Origin: Chloracidobacterium sp.
GTDB taxonomy: Bacteria > Acidobacteriota > Blastocatellia > Pyrinomonadales > Pyrinomonadaceae
NCBI GenBank assembly: GCA_043773225.1
Contig: JAYVFJ010000146.1
Span: forward strand, 1-46,533
DNA length: 46,533 bases
Direction: 5' to 3'
In this document: one piece after another, positions 1-10,088 of the stretch
Layout of the letters: each line of letters starts with the position of its first letter
How positions within the stretch are numbered: position 1 is the first letter of the stretch
Notes under the pieces: model-generated
The model's input: only the letters and a program-made list of their open reading frames with translations
Told to the model about the DNA's origin: nothing
The model's database searches: none
Made by a program: the position numbers and the translations under genes

Positions 1-1023
1 CTCAAGCTCAGGCCGGTTGTCTATGGCAAGATCAATCGCTTCTGTCAGTGTCGGATCGGGAACTGCTATCTCGACAGGCTCGACTGGCATCAGCGCGGCA
101 TTCCAAATCTCACTGGTTCGGTTTGGCGAGATGAGATTTTTTAGAACGTTCTCTGACAGGTTTACGGCATTTAGCGCGTCGTAAACAGCTTGCTCAAAAT
201 TTGCCACCTGCGTTTCAGAGGCAACTATATCAATCGGAGCGAGTTGGCCTTCGCTGACAAGCCGGCGATTGTGCTCAAGCTGCGATTTTGCATCGCGAAC
301 CGCGTCACGCTGCACCTGTAGATTGCGCAGCGCGTAGGTCAGATCCCAATACGCTTTTTGCACTGTCGCAACCGTTTCGATAGAACGCTGTCGAAACTGC
401 GTATCGGTCAGTTCGATATTTCTCTTGGCGATCTCTATCGTCCGCCGTGCCTGATCAAATTTGCGTCCGCGAAACAACGGCTGCGTCACCGAGAAACCAA
501 GACTCGAATTGAGTTGCGGGCTGAGAATCGTAATCGGGTTATTTGTCGTCGCCCGCTGGTTGTTAAACGTGCCCGAAAACTGCGTTCCGTTGCTCGGCAG
601 CGAACCGGTCAGAGCGAGATTGCCAACAAACGAGCCGATCGTGTTTTTTTGATTACTGCTAAAGATGCTGACATTTGGCGTCGTCGAGCGGTCGTAATAA
701 GTTTGCCCGGCAAGCCGCGGCTGATAAAATCCGCGAGCGATGCGTAGGTCAAAATCGGCAATCGTCGCCGTCTTTCTCGTTACCTCGATGTCGCGGTTGT
801 TTTCGAGCGCAAGGGTGATGGCGTCGTTTAACGTCAGAGTTTTTTGCTGGGTTACATCAACGCCGACGCGTCCAAGATCGGGCAAGCCGCGCTTATCGGA
901 TTTGTAGTTTGGCGCGATCTCAGGCGCAGGCACATTCTCTGGCAACGGCGTTGGGGTTTGCGCGCCAATTCCGGCCGCCAGAGCGAGCACAGTGAGAGTT
1001 AAAATCAATAAATACCGCGTCAT
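1..1023 (-). CDS. TolC-family outer-membrane efflux protein (N-terminal part; C-terminus runs off the left edge)
   Basis: My own minus-strand translation from the ATG at 1023..1021 gives MTRYLLILTLTVLALAAGIGAQTP (signal peptide). It continues with LTLNDAITLALENNRDIEV and QPLFRGRKFDQARRTIEIAKRNIELTDTQFR..AYWDL, a TolC/OprM-like pattern. The start lies 12 nt downstream of the RND stop. It is absent from the ORF track because the frame is open at the window edge. Confidence 0.8.
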   Translation of the reverse strand, partial: MTRYLLILTLTVLALAAGIGAQTPTPLPENVPAPEIAPNYKSDKRGLPDLGRVGVDVTQQKTLTLNDAITLALENNRDIEVTRKTATIADFDLRIARGFYQPRLAGQTYYDRSTTPNVSIFSSNQKNTIGSFVGNLALTGSLPSNGTQFSGTFNNQRATTNNPITILSPQLNSSLGFSVTQPLFRGRKFDQARRTIEIAKRNIELTDTQFRQRSIETVATVQKAYWDLTYALRNLQVQRDAVRDAKSQLEHNRRLVSEGQLAPIDIVASETQVANFEQAVYDALNAVNLSENVLKNLISPNRTSEIWNAALMPVEPVEIAVPDPTLTEAIDLAIDNRPELE

Positions 1024-1035
1024 AAAAATTTGCGA

Positions 1036-4000
1036 TTATTGTTTGCCGAACAGTGAGCTTGCCGTCGCTGCAAATCGGCGCTTCAGTCCGCCGAACAGCC
1101 AATTTGCAAAACGGTTTATGTATCTAAACAGTCTCATTTCGGCGAGGTCGTCAAATACTGAGTAGAAGACGGGAACAGCAAGCAAGGTAAGCAGCAGACA
1201 CAACGTCTGTCCGCCGACAACGAGAACGCCGATTGACCGATTTGTTCCCGAACCCGCGCCGGTCGAAACAACCAGCGGAATCATTCCCGCGACAAGAGCG
1301 ATCGTCGTCATCAGGATCGGCCGCAGACGGTCGCGGTTTGCCTGTATGATCGCATCGTAGCGATTCATCCCCTGAGATCGTAGGTGATTTGTATGATCGA
1401 TCTGCAAAATTGCGTTCTTTTTGACGACACCAAACAGCAGAAGCAAACCGAGGCCGGAAAAGATATTCACCGTCTGGCCCATCACCAAAAGACTGAAAAT
1501 ACCAAATGGTATTGAAAGCGGCAGCGTCAGCAGGATCGTCACCGGATGGATAAACGATTCAAATTGCGCGGCAAGCACGATATACATAAAAATAAACGAC
1601 AGCATGAACGCAAGCATGAAGTAGAAACCGGCCTTGCCCATTTCCTTTGACTGGCCTACATAGCCGGTGCGGTAACCGACCGGAAGTTTCAATTCCTTAA
1701 CGTAGCTGTCGATCGCCGAGGTTATGCTTGCGGCGCTGCCGCCGGGCTTTGTGTTGGCGAGCAGCGTCACCTGTTTTTGCCGGTTAGTCCGGTCAATCGC
1801 GCTCGGGCCGGTTCCCGGTTTGGTCTTGACGACACGGTCGAGCGTGACCCAACCCAGCTTGGCTGACGGCACGATCATTCGCTTCAAACCCTCTTCGCTG
1901 GTGCGAAACGAATTGATCGCCCGAACGTAAACGTCATGCTGGTCCGAGCCGGCGTTAAACGTCGTCGCTTCTTGTCCCGCGACGAGTGTGTTGAGAGCTT
2001 GCGACACGTCGCCAACTCTCACGCCGAGGTCGGCGGCTGTGTCGCGGTCAACCTCGAGCCGCAATTCGGGCTTACCTGAGATGAGCGTCGTGTCAACGTC
2101 AACCGCGTCAGGTATGGTCTTCATTTTTTCGAGGATCTTTTTCGAAGTTTCCTCGAGCACCTTGATGTCCGGGCCGGAGATCAGGAACTGAACATTAGCA
2201 TTGCGAAAGCCGCCGCCGGAAAATGCCTGCACGATCTGGACGCTGGTTCGCAATTCCGGCGGAAACTTTGACAAGGTCTCACGAGCGTCGGCCATCATAA
2301 TTTCCTGTGACTTTGCACGCGTTCCGACATCACTCAATTTTACGTAGATGGTCCCGGCGTTGACGACTTGCTGCTGTCCGCCGCCCACTGTTGCGAGAGT
2401 GTCAGTGACGCCCGGCATTTTGCGAATTTCTGAAGCGATCCGCTCGAAAGACTGTGCCGAGGACGAAAGGCTTGTTCCCTCTGGCGTTCTGACCGAGACC
2501 TCAAACTGCGACTGGTCATCAACCGGCAAAAAGTTCTTGCCAACCAGCATAAAGAGCGGAACGATACTCAGGAAAACGAGAACGATAAGTGTGATTATCA
2601 CCCAACGATGCCCCATCGAGAACCGCAGCATCCACGCATAAACCGTATCCACCCGACGAAACCAACCGGTGTAATGACTGTCAGTCTTTTCGATCGCGTG
2701 CTCGGGATCAACCTTGATGTTGTCGAGGTCGGACGCAGGTTTTTTCTTTTTCTTTTTAATTAACCGTGCCGCAAGCATCGGTGTAAGCGTAAACGACACG
2801 ATCAGCGAAACACCGACAGCGAACGACGCCGTAAGGCCAAACGACGACATAAATTTGCCGACGATGCCCTGCATAAAACCAATCGGCACGAACACTGCCA
2901 TTAGCGATAAAGTCGTCGCCAAAACCGCGAGGCCGATCTCACGCGTTCCTTCAATGGCTGCCTGAAACGGGTTCATCCCTTTTTCTTCGACAAAACGATA
3001 GATGTTCTCAAGCACCACAATCGCATCGTCAATGACGATTCCGACCATGAGGGTAAGCGAAAGCATCGTGATCGAATTGAGCGTGTAGCCCATCGCGTAA
3101 ACGAGGGCAAAAGTCGAAATGATGGACGTCGGGATCGCGAGGGCCGCTATAAAAGTCGCGCGGAAATTCCACAGGAATAAGAAAACGACCAGCGACGCGA
3201 GGATCGAGCCAAGTATAAGGTGCTCCTCGATCGCATTAAGCGAGTTTTCGATGAAGATCGAGTTGTCGCCGATCACACGCATTTGGAAACCTTTAGGCAG
3301 CGTGGGTTCGATCTCCTTTAGACGCGCCTTTATCTCTCGAGCTACTGCGACCGTATTTTGCCCCGACTGTTTTGAAACGATCAACGTAACCGCCGGCTGG
3401 CCGTTTAGACGGGCCTCCGATCGGACCTCGGCGCCGCCGTCCTCCGTGTAACCAAGGTCTTTGACCTTTACCTGATAGCCGCCGCGCGTTGCGACCACAA
3501 CATCATCGAACTGTTCGGGCTTTTGTATCTTTCCGACTGTTCGTATGGCCGTTTCGGTCTGTCCCTCATCAATGCGGCCGGAGGGAAATTCCATATTCTG
3601 GATCCGCAAGGCGGCGGATACTTCGCCGGCCGTTACGTTATACGAACGCATTTTGTCGGGATCAACCCAGACGTTGATCTGCCGTTCCTGACCGCCGATG
3701 ATCGTGATCTGACCGACCCCGTTGACGGATTCGATGCGTTCCTTGACCTTGTCTTTAGCGATCTCAGTCACCTCGCGAAGCGATGCCGGTGCGGATATTG
3801 AGATTCTTAGAACAGGCGCGGCATCGGTATCGAGCTTTTGCACTGTAGGCTGTTTTGCCGTCTCAGGCAGGTTTGGAATGACCGTTTGGACGCGATTCTC
3901 GACTTCCTGCGCTGCGACATTAACGTCTTTTTCGAGTACAAATGCAACAAAAACCTGCGAGATGCCCTCGATCGAAGTGGAGCGGAGTTCGTCAATGCCG

Positions 4001-4227
4001 GAAATTGTATTGACGGCCTCTTCGATTTTCTCGGTTATCTCAGTCTCAATCTCCTGCGGCGAAGCTCCCGGATTTTGCACCGTTACGGTGATCGTCGGAA
4101 AATCTATCTTTGGAAAAAGGTCAACGCCGAGGCTAAAAAATGAAAATGCACCGACGACCACGAGCGACATGACCAGCATCGTCGCAAAGACCGGTCTTTT
4201 AACACAAATTTCTGCCAACCACTGCAT
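1036..4227 (-). CDS. RND efflux transporter, inner-membrane permease (AcrB/HAE1-like)
   Basis: 1063-aa ORF starting [26 protein letters not shown], with a 12-TM layout and two large periplasmic loops. It sits between the MFP and TolC-like genes. Confidence 0.95.
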   Translation of the reverse strand: MQWLAEICVKRPVFATMLVMSLVVVGAFSFFSLGVDLFPKIDFPTITVTVQNPGASPQEIETEITEKIEEAVNTISGIDELRSTSIEGISQVFVAFVLEKDVNVAAQEVENRVQTVIPNLPETAKQPTVQKLDTDAAPVLRISISAPASLREVTEIAKDKVKERIESVNGVGQITIIGGQERQINVWVDPDKMRSYNVTAGEVSAALRIQNMEFPSGRIDEGQTETAIRTVGKIQKPEQFDDVVVATRGGYQVKVKDLGYTEDGGAEVRSEARLNGQPAVTLIVSKQSGQNTVAVAREIKARLKEIEPTLPKGFQMRVIGDNSIFIENSLNAIEEHLILGSILASLVVFLFLWNFRATFIAALAIPTSIISTFALVYAMGYTLNSITMLSLTLMVGIVIDDAIVVLENIYRFVEEKGMNPFQAAIEGTREIGLAVLATTLSLMAVFVPIGFMQGIVGKFMSSFGLTASFAVGVSLIVSFTLTPMLAARLIKKKKKKPASDLDNIKVDPEHAIEKTDSHYTGWFRRVDTVYAWMLRFSMGHRWVIITLIVLVFLSIVPLFMLVGKNFLPVDDQSQFEVSVRTPEGTSLSSSAQSFERIASEIRKMPGVTDTLATVGGGQQQVVNAGTIYVKLSDVGTRAKSQEIMMADARETLSKFPPELRTSVQIVQAFSGGGFRNANVQFLISGPDIKVLEETSKKILEKMKTIPDAVDVDTTLISGKPELRLEVDRDTAADLGVRVGDVSQALNTLVAGQEATTFNAGSDQHDVYVRAINSFRTSEEGLKRMIVPSAKLGWVTLDRVVKTKPGTGPSAIDRTNRQKQVTLLANTKPGGSAASITSAIDSYVKELKLPVGYRTGYVGQSKEMGKAGFYFMLAFMLSFIFMYIVLAAQFESFIHPVTILLTLPLSIPFGIFSLLVMGQTVNIFSGLGLLLLFGVVKKNAILQIDHTNHLRSQGMNRYDAIIQANRDRLRPILMTTIALVAGMIPLVVSTGAGSGTNRSIGVLVVGGQTLCLLLTLLAVPVFYSVFDDLAEMRLFRYINRFANWLFGGLKRRFAATASSLFGKQ

Positions 4228-4239
4228 ACTTCTTCACCC

Positions 4240-5547
4240 CTAGTTCATTTGCCTGACGAAAACGCCGTCGGATAGTGCATTTAGATTGCTAGTAGCGATC
4301 ATGTCGCCTTCGTTGACGCCTTGTTTCACCTGGATCATTCCGTTTTCCAGCAAACCTAATTGCACCATCTGCTGATGGGCGGCTCCGTCTTTGATGACAA
4401 AGATCGAGTTAGTTTCGCCTTCGGTTTTGACGGCTTCGACCGGCACCATCACGGCGTTTTCGGGTTTTGACTGCGTGATCCGAACCGTTGCAAACTGTCC
4501 CGGTTTTAGCAGGCCGTCGCCGTTGGCAACCTCAGCCTCGACCGTAAGCGTTCTCGCCGATACATTTAAACTCGGCGAAATGCGAACGACAGTTCCTGCA
4601 AAATTGCGTTCAGGATAGGCGCTTGTCTGCAAAGATATTCCCTGTCCGCGAGATACCTTTCCTATGGATTGCTCGGGAACGTCAATCTTCATTCGCAGAG
4701 TTGATGTCTTGACTATTGTTGCGATCTTGGAATTCGGCGTATTCGGGCTGATATACTCGCCCGGATCGGCGACGCGTTCGGCTATGTAACCGCTGATCGG
4801 TGCGTAAATAATGGTGTCCGTCAAACCTTTCTCAGCCTGTTCGACCTGTGTTTTTGCGGTCGCTACGGCTGATTTAGCCGATGCGACTTGAGCTTCGGCG
4901 GTATTGATCGCCTTCGTGGCGACCGCGGCGTTTGAGCGTGCCTCGTCCAACTGCCCTAGCAATGCGTCGCGCTGTGAACGCCTCTGATCGAGCATCGAAC
5001 GCGAAACATCGCCCGTCTCAACCAGCTTCTGTGCCCGCTGCAATTCCTTTTCGGCTAATTCCAGATTGGCCTTGACCGATTTTACCTGCGAGAACGTCTC
5101 GATATTAAACGTTTCGCCGTCCTTCACACCAAGCCGCACCTGAGCCTGTCTGAGTGCCGCGACCGCCTGGTCAACGGCCCTTTGCTGTTGCTCGACCTGA
5201 TCGCGGGCGGTTGCGAGCCTTATACGCGCGTCGCGGTCGTCGAGCCGCACAAGAACGCTGCCCTTTGTGACAAAGCTGCCGACGTCAAAGTTCACCTCGG
5301 TTATCTTGCCGCTGACCGCCGGCGCGACGTCGGTCTGAGCATCGCTCACCAGATTGCCGGTCGCTTCGAAATATGTTGGGATCTGCTTGACCACTGCCTG
5401 TGTAGTTGTCACATCAATGGTCTGCGTCTGCGTATTCGCCGAGTTTGCATTCGCCGAATTTGCGCGTGAGCCGCAGCCAAAATTCAGCAAGGCTATCGTC
5501 AACACGACGGCGATCAGTGGAACAAATACTTGACTGTTTCTTTTCAT
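4240..5547 (-). CDS. RND efflux periplasmic adaptor (membrane fusion protein, HlyD/AcrA family), lipoprotein-like
   Basis: 435 aa. N-terminal signal with LNFGCGS lipobox-like Cys, a long coiled-coil (QVEQQQRAVDQAVAALRQAQ..) and a beta-barrel C-terminus. It lies 12 nt upstream of the RND gene. Confidence 0.9.
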   Translation of the reverse strand: MKRNSQVFVPLIAVVLTIALLNFGCGSRANSANANSANTQTQTIDVTTTQAVVKQIPTYFEATGNLVSDAQTDVAPAVSGKITEVNFDVGSFVTKGSVLVRLDDRDARIRLATARDQVEQQQRAVDQAVAALRQAQVRLGVKDGETFNIETFSQVKSVKANLELAEKELQRAQKLVETGDVSRSMLDQRRSQRDALLGQLDEARSNAAVATKAINTAEAQVASAKSAVATAKTQVEQAEKGLTDTIIYAPISGYIAERVADPGEYISPNTPNSKIATIVKTSTLRMKIDVPEQSIGKVSRGQGISLQTSAYPERNFAGTVVRISPSLNVSARTLTVEAEVANGDGLLKPGQFATVRITQSKPENAVMVPVEAVKTEGETNSIFVIKDGAAHQQMVQLGLLENGMIQVKQGVNEGDMIATSNLNALSDGVFVRQMN

Positions 5548-6179
5548 TGTTCTGTTGTCCCGGCCTTGGCCCGAATGCCCCCGAGCAGTATCTCGGCAAA
5601 GTTACCGGCTGCTTCCTCATTGGAAATGTTCAAAAGATTGCGGTTCTTGTCCCACAAAATGTTGTTGAGCGAATGGTGGATCATCATGCCGAGAAAGGAG
5701 CGGACGGCAATTCTCGGGTTGATCTCACGGAAAGCACCGTCCTCGATTCGTTCCTCGACATATCCGCCGATAAACCCGTAAATTCGGGCCACAAATTCGC
5801 CAAAGAACCGCTCGGCCAGCACGTGCTCCTCCAGGGCCGAGTAAAACAGCAGCCGCATAAACCCGACATCATCCTGGTGCTTATTCAAAGCATCCAAAGC
5901 AATGTTGTAAAATACGGCGAAATCGTCCTTTTGTTCTATCGCCCGCTGAAGCGTCTCGTTTGCTTCCCACGGAAAGCGGTGGACGCCGTCCGAACAGCTT
6001 TTGTTGTCGAGGATCGCACCGTAAAGCTCGTCCTTTGTCGCAAAATGGCGAAATACCATCGCCTCCGAAACGCCTGCCACACGGGCGATCTCCTTGGTGG
6101 TAGTGCCCTTAAAACCACGCTGCGAAAACAGGTCCACCGCCGTCTGCAATATCTGCTCGCGGCGTTTGTCGCCTTTCAT
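5544..6179 (-). CDS. TetR/AcrR-family transcriptional repressor
   Basis: HTH signature REQILQTAVDLFSQRGFKGTTTKEIARVAGVSEAMVFRHF. I prefer the internal ATG at 6179 (MKGDKRREQIL) over the track start at 6248. Its stop overlaps the MFP start (ATGA), implying co-transcription. Confidence 0.85.
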   Translation of the reverse strand: MKGDKRREQILQTAVDLFSQRGFKGTTTKEIARVAGVSEAMVFRHFATKDELYGAILDNKSCSDGVHRFPWEANETLQRAIEQKDDFAVFYNIALDALNKHQDDVGFMRLLFYSALEEHVLAERFFGEFVARIYGFIGGYVEERIEDGAFREINPRIAVRSFLGMMIHHSLNNILWDKNRNLLNISNEEAAGNFAEILLGGIRAKAGTTEQ

Positions 6180-6235
6180 ACGCACCGTCGGGTCGCAATT
6201 AAACAGTTCCTTGATCAAAATCTCTCCTATCCACA

Positions 6236-6253
6236 AGTAAGTAAGCACTTACT
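6236..6253. promoter_or_regulatory. Candidate TetR operator palindrome AGTAAGT-aagc-ACTTACT
   Basis: Perfect 7-bp inverted repeat with a 4-nt spacer, 57-74 nt upstream of the proposed tetR ATG (6179) on the operon's promoter side. Confidence 0.35.
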
Positions 6254-6404
6254 ATTTTGGATAGAATCGCATTTTGGGGCAGGTTATGTCAACCCAAAGC
6301 AGTAAAGAAAATCGTTGACAACCGAAGGCTGGAAATCTCCTTCTAATGATACAGTTAGTGCACTTGCTCTGTTGCCGGTGTTCATTGGCAGCAGTTGGTT
6401 CATT

Positions 6405-6441
6405 CAGAAAAAAGCGGTCGTTGACGATGCGGCCGCTTTTC
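6405..6441 (-). terminator. Rho-independent terminator candidate downstream of the CPBP protease gene
   Basis: The minus strand reads GGAAAAGCGGccgcatcgtcaacgaCCGCTTTTTTCTG. This is an 8-bp stem (AAAAGCGG/CCGCTTTT) running into a T tract, 17 nt after the stop at 6458. Confidence 0.5.
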
Positions 6442-6457
6442 CTTTAATGCACGAATT

Positions 6458-7222
6458 CTAAAACGAAAGATAGATGGCGGAGATAAGAACGAGGTGAGCC
6501 GAAATGTGGGCGATCATCGCAGATTCGAGGCCGCGTCGCCAATATAGAAAACCTGCGACAATGCCGAAAAGCGAATTTCCCATGATAACGTAGATCACGA
6601 TTGGCAGCGTCAAGCCGCCGGCAAGCATCGCTGCGACCGGCAAATGGCCCATGCCGAAGAGCACGGCTGAGACAACAATCGCCGTGACAAACCAAACAGG
6701 CCTCGGCGTCCCTTCGCCCTTTTGAAACAGCCGCCACGCTGCCCAAACCAAAAATGTCATCACACCCCATCGCAGCAGCAACTCCTCGGTAAAGCCGCCG
6801 TAGAGAAAACGCGTGATATGCGGCAGGAATTTGTTGAATTCCTGCGCACGATCAATAAATTCCGGCGAGAGAAAAGGTTTGGCGACGACCCAGCTTGCGG
6901 TTATCGCGGCGCCGGTCAAAAGGCCCGCGACCACGCCGGGCACGATCTGCGGCCTCAATTTCTCGAAAAAAGGCTCGCCGTTCGCCGCCGCTTCGGCAGC
7001 CGGAGCGTGCAGGCGGACGCCGGCCCCAAGCCAGACGCCGACAGCAACAGCAAGAGTCGTTAAGAGAGCGGGCTGAATAACGCTGATGAGCTTGAACAGG
7101 GCCGGCGGCGGCAGTTCGGGCAGCGTTTCGCCCGGCGGCAGAGGTATCGCCGCGATCAACGCGTGCAGATCGACAAACAGGAACGACGCAATGCCCAGCA
7201 ACCCGACAGTCCACAATATCAA
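6458..7222 (-). CDS. CPBP-family (CAAX/Abi) intramembrane glutamic protease
   Basis: 254-aa polytopic membrane protein carrying EELLLRWG (EExxxR), FGMGHL (FxxxH) and HISAHL motifs. Confidence 0.8.
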   Translation of the reverse strand: MILWTVGLLGIASFLFVDLHALIAAIPLPPGETLPELPPPALFKLISVIQPALLTTLAVAVGVWLGAGVRLHAPAAEAAANGEPFFEKLRPQIVPGVVAGLLTGAAITASWVVAKPFLSPEFIDRAQEFNKFLPHITRFLYGGFTEELLLRWGVMTFLVWAAWRLFQKGEGTPRPVWFVTAIVVSAVLFGMGHLPVAAMLAGGLTLPIVIYVIMGNSLFGIVAGFLYWRRGLESAMIAHISAHLVLISAIYLSF

Positions 7223-7296
7223 AAATACTTTGTCTTTGGCTTCACGATACCGCCATCTTACGCTCGATCAGGTGGAAAAACAATCAGTCCGCGCGG

Positions 7297-7325
7297 TTGA
7301 ATCGTTCGGAGCTTATGCCTATAAT
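7297..7325 (+). promoter_or_regulatory. Sigma-70-type promoter candidate TTGAAT-N17-TATAAT
   Basis: TTGAAT at 7297-7302 and TATAAT at 7320-7325 with an exact 17-nt spacer, about 92 nt upstream of the 7418 start. Confidence 0.45.
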
Positions 7326-7417
7326 TTGTCCGATGCGTTGGTCGAGCAACATTTCTACCGTGCGAAGGTGTAGAATGTTCTGGTCAACAGTAAACCGGTC
7401 TCGGAGCTAGGCGGTCA

Positions 7418-9310
7418 ATGAAATTTTTTCATATATTCGTTTGCCTCGTGCTTGTCAGTTTTTTGATCTGGCTGAACCGCGTATTTGTTCCGGCGGATGC
7501 GGTTGTTTACGGCGGGCTGTCGTGGATCGGCTGGGCGAGCATTGTGCTCGTAGGTATGGGCATAGGACTCTTGGCGATCTTTAACGATTCGTCGCGGGCA
7601 GTTGGTTTCTTTAGGATCCGAGATGAAAAGGTTTCTCCTCCGACAAAGATAAGAACGCTTTCCGGCGGTGAGTTGGCCGAACTCGGCCTCGACAAATACC
7701 GCGGCCCGAGTTACCCGCATCCGGTAATTTTTCCCGAAAGATGTATCGGCTGTCAGGCTTGCGTTGATGCGTGTCCGCATGACGTGCTGGCGATCGTTGA
7801 CGGAACTGCTGCTGCGGTCGCGCCCGACCTTTGCATGGAAGATACCGCCTGCCAGGCCGAGTGTCCGGTCAATCCGAAGGCGTGCATCATCATCAACACC
7901 GCAAAAGACGTGCGTTCGATGCCGACGCCGACGCGAGACGGTGCGACGTTTGAGACGAATGTGCCCGGCTGTTATTTGATCGGCGATGTTTCGGGCGTTC
8001 CGCTTATTAAAAATGCCGTCAAAGAAGGTGCCGAGGTCATCACGTATATCGCCGCCGAATTGAAAATCGCCGCGCCCGAACCAAAAGCCGCTTATGACGT
8101 AGCGATAATAGGCATCGGCCCCGGCGGCGCGTCTGCCGCGGCGACCGCGAGCGATGCAAATCTGCGTTACATCGGGATCGAACAAGGCAGCGTTTTATCA
8201 ACAATCGTCCGGTATCCAAAGGGCAAGTATATTTTCTTTAAGCCCGATACAAACGACTGGAACGGCGGCATTTCCGTCGCGGGGCTTGGCCTTGCAAAGG
8301 CGAAATACGCGATTGATTCCGGTGCGGATGACGATGCGATCTTAAACGACCTCGGCCCGGATGTCGCCACGCTTGTCCAGACGGAGGCACCGGCATTGCA
8401 CGCTCAGTTGATAACGCGCATCCCAAAAGATCTGCGGCCGGAACTTTCAACGCTTCTGACGGAAAAGATCGAGAAAGAGATCAAAAAGCGTATCTCCGCT
8501 TTCCTGCGTTCAAAAGGGTCAGGAAACTGGCCGAGTCTTTACCAGACTCACTTTCTTCCTGACAGGCAAAATCTTTTTGCAGTTTTTTTGCGCGAGATAG
8601 CCGATCAGCTTCAGACAAAGATTCCCGGCGACCAGCGTGAAAACATTCTCAGCGTCTGGCTTGGCAATCTGGCAGATCGCGGCGTGACGATAAACGAGAA
8701 CGAGCTTTGCAAGTCGGTCGAAAAAGCCGCAGACGGCGACTATTTTGTCATCAAAACAGAGCCAAAAGAAAAGCCGCCGCAAACTTATACGGCAAGGCGA
8801 GTCGTCATCGGGATCGGCCTGATGGGAGCGCCAAATAAGCTGCGGCTCGATAATGAAGAAATGAAGATCACCATGGACGGCAAAGAGGTGCCAAAGGTTA
8901 TCTACGGCCTTAGCGAACCGATGGATTTTCGCGGAAAAAATCTTGTCGTTGTCGGCGGCGGAAACGTGGCGGTCGAGGCAGCGGTTGACCTGATCGCTGT
9001 CCGCGACGGAGCGGCAATCACCCCTCGAAAACCCGAGGACATGAACCGCGTGACCGTTCTCGTGCGTGATTTTTTGGCGCCGACGGTAAAATTTGGCAAC
9101 AAGTTTCAAATATACAATTGTGCCGAGAACGGACTGCTAGATCTGCGTTTCGGCGTCGCCATCAAAGAGATGCGCGAAAATGAATTAGTTTTGGAAGATG
9201 TCAAAACAAAACAAGAACTCGATACGATTCCAAACGATCATGTCTTTGCGCTGATCGGCGGCGAACGTCCAAACCGATTTTTGGAAGCGATAGGAATTAC
9301 GATCAAGTAG
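7418..9310 (+). CDS. Membrane-anchored 2x[4Fe-4S] ferredoxin-domain / FAD-NAD(P)-binding oxidoreductase
   Basis: 630 aa. Two N-terminal TM helices. CIGCQACVDACPHD and CMEDTACQAECP cluster motifs. TrxR-like GD motif NVPGCYLIGDVSG. GxGxxG motifs at IIGIGPGGASAA and VVVGGGNVAVEAAVD. Confidence 0.8.
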   Translation: MKFFHIFVCLVLVSFLIWLNRVFVPADAVVYGGLSWIGWASIVLVGMGIGLLAIFNDSSRAVGFFRIRDEKVSPPTKIRTLSGGELAELGLDKYRGPSYPHPVIFPERCIGCQACVDACPHDVLAIVDGTAAAVAPDLCMEDTACQAECPVNPKACIIINTAKDVRSMPTPTRDGATFETNVPGCYLIGDVSGVPLIKNAVKEGAEVITYIAAELKIAAPEPKAAYDVAIIGIGPGGASAAATASDANLRYIGIEQGSVLSTIVRYPKGKYIFFKPDTNDWNGGISVAGLGLAKAKYAIDSGADDDAILNDLGPDVATLVQTEAPALHAQLITRIPKDLRPELSTLLTEKIEKEIKKRISAFLRSKGSGNWPSLYQTHFLPDRQNLFAVFLREIADQLQTKIPGDQRENILSVWLGNLADRGVTINENELCKSVEKAADGDYFVIKTEPKEKPPQTYTARRVVIGIGLMGAPNKLRLDNEEMKITMDGKEVPKVIYGLSEPMDFRGKNLVVVGGGNVAVEAAVDLIAVRDGAAITPRKPEDMNRVTVLVRDFLAPTVKFGNKFQIYNCAENGLLDLRFGVAIKEMRENELVLEDVKTKQELDTIPNDHVFALIGGERPNRFLEAIGITIK

Positions 9311-9317
9311 AGTATTC

Positions 9318-9363
9318 ATTCGTGCATTCGTGGCTAAATTTTTTTTGCCACGAATGCACGAAT
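9318..9363. repeat. Perfect 17-bp-stem hairpin; arms are a tandem 8-mer (cattcgtg x2); possible terminator
   Basis: attcgtgcattcgtggc (9318-9334) pairs perfectly with gccacgaatgcacgaat (9347-9363). The loop is taaatttttttt. No T tract follows the stem on either strand. Confidence 0.6.
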
Positions 9364-9376
9364 AACGGAACAAGAA

Positions 9377-10072
9377 ATGAAAAGTAACATCATGTTCGCC
9401 GTGCTTGGACTGATTGTCGGCCTTGTCATCGGTTTTGTGGGTGCAAACAGCATCAACAAATCCGCTTACGAAAAGCAGCCGACGACATCCGCTTCGACGA
9501 AAGAGACAAACAGCAACCCTGCGCTTCCAAAAGATCATCCGCCGATAGGCACGAGTTCCGGTGATCAAACCGCGCCGCGTCCCGAGGTAATGGCCGCAAT
9601 CGAAAAAGCAAAATCGCAGCCGCAAAATTACGAAGCGCAGATGACCGCCGCCGATCTTTATTACCAGATACAGCGTTTTGACGAGGCGGCAAAATTCTAT
9701 GAGACCGCTGCCAAACTCAAGCCCGCAGACGCCGAACCGATGGTAAAGGCCGGCAATGCCTATTTTGATTCCGAGCAATACGAGCAGGCCGAAAAATGGT
9801 ATATGCAGGCACTGCAAAAAGACCCAAAAAATATCATCGCGCGGACTGATCTCGGTTTGACTTTTTTCCTGCGCGAACCGCGAGACATCGACCGGGCTAT
9901 CAAAGAATACAAGACCTCACTAAGCATCGATCCGGAACACGAGATAACGCTGCAAAATCTCGCGCTCGCCTACAGCGAAAATGGCGACACAGAAAACCAC
10001 CAGGCAACAATGGAAAAATTAAAAAAAGTAAATCCGAAAAACCCGGTCGTCACAAAAAATGAGGGAAAATGA
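9377..10072 (+). CDS. TPR-repeat protein with N-terminal membrane anchor
   Basis: 231 aa. TM segment IMFAVLGLIVGLVIGFVGA, then TPR-like repeats (AADLYYQIQRFDEAAKFYETAAKLKP, AGNAYFDSEQYEQAEKWYMQALQKDP). Confidence 0.8.
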   Translation: MKSNIMFAVLGLIVGLVIGFVGANSINKSAYEKQPTTSASTKETNSNPALPKDHPPIGTSSGDQTAPRPEVMAAIEKAKSQPQNYEAQMTAADLYYQIQRFDEAAKFYETAAKLKPADAEPMVKAGNAYFDSEQYEQAEKWYMQALQKDPKNIIARTDLGLTFFLREPRDIDRAIKEYKTSLSIDPEHEITLQNLALAYSENGDTENHQATMEKLKKVNPKNPVVTKNEGK

Positions 10073-10088
10073 TATGCAGTAAGTGAAA

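Noticed and set aside
2738-2760. Poly-lysine run (KKKKKK) in a cytoplasmic loop of the RND pump, encoded by A/T-rich near-homopolymer tracts, as a possible slippage site
   Set aside because: The longest pure homopolymer is only about 6 nt, and the run is interrupted by G/C. It is more likely an ordinary basic loop.
6269-6397. 43-codon minus-strand ORF (MNQLLPMNTGNRASALTVSLEGDFQPSVVNDFLYCFGLT) between the CPBP terminator and tetR
   Set aside because: There is no Shine-Dalgarno sequence upstream and it begins right after a terminator. The composition is not distinctive. Evidence is insufficient.
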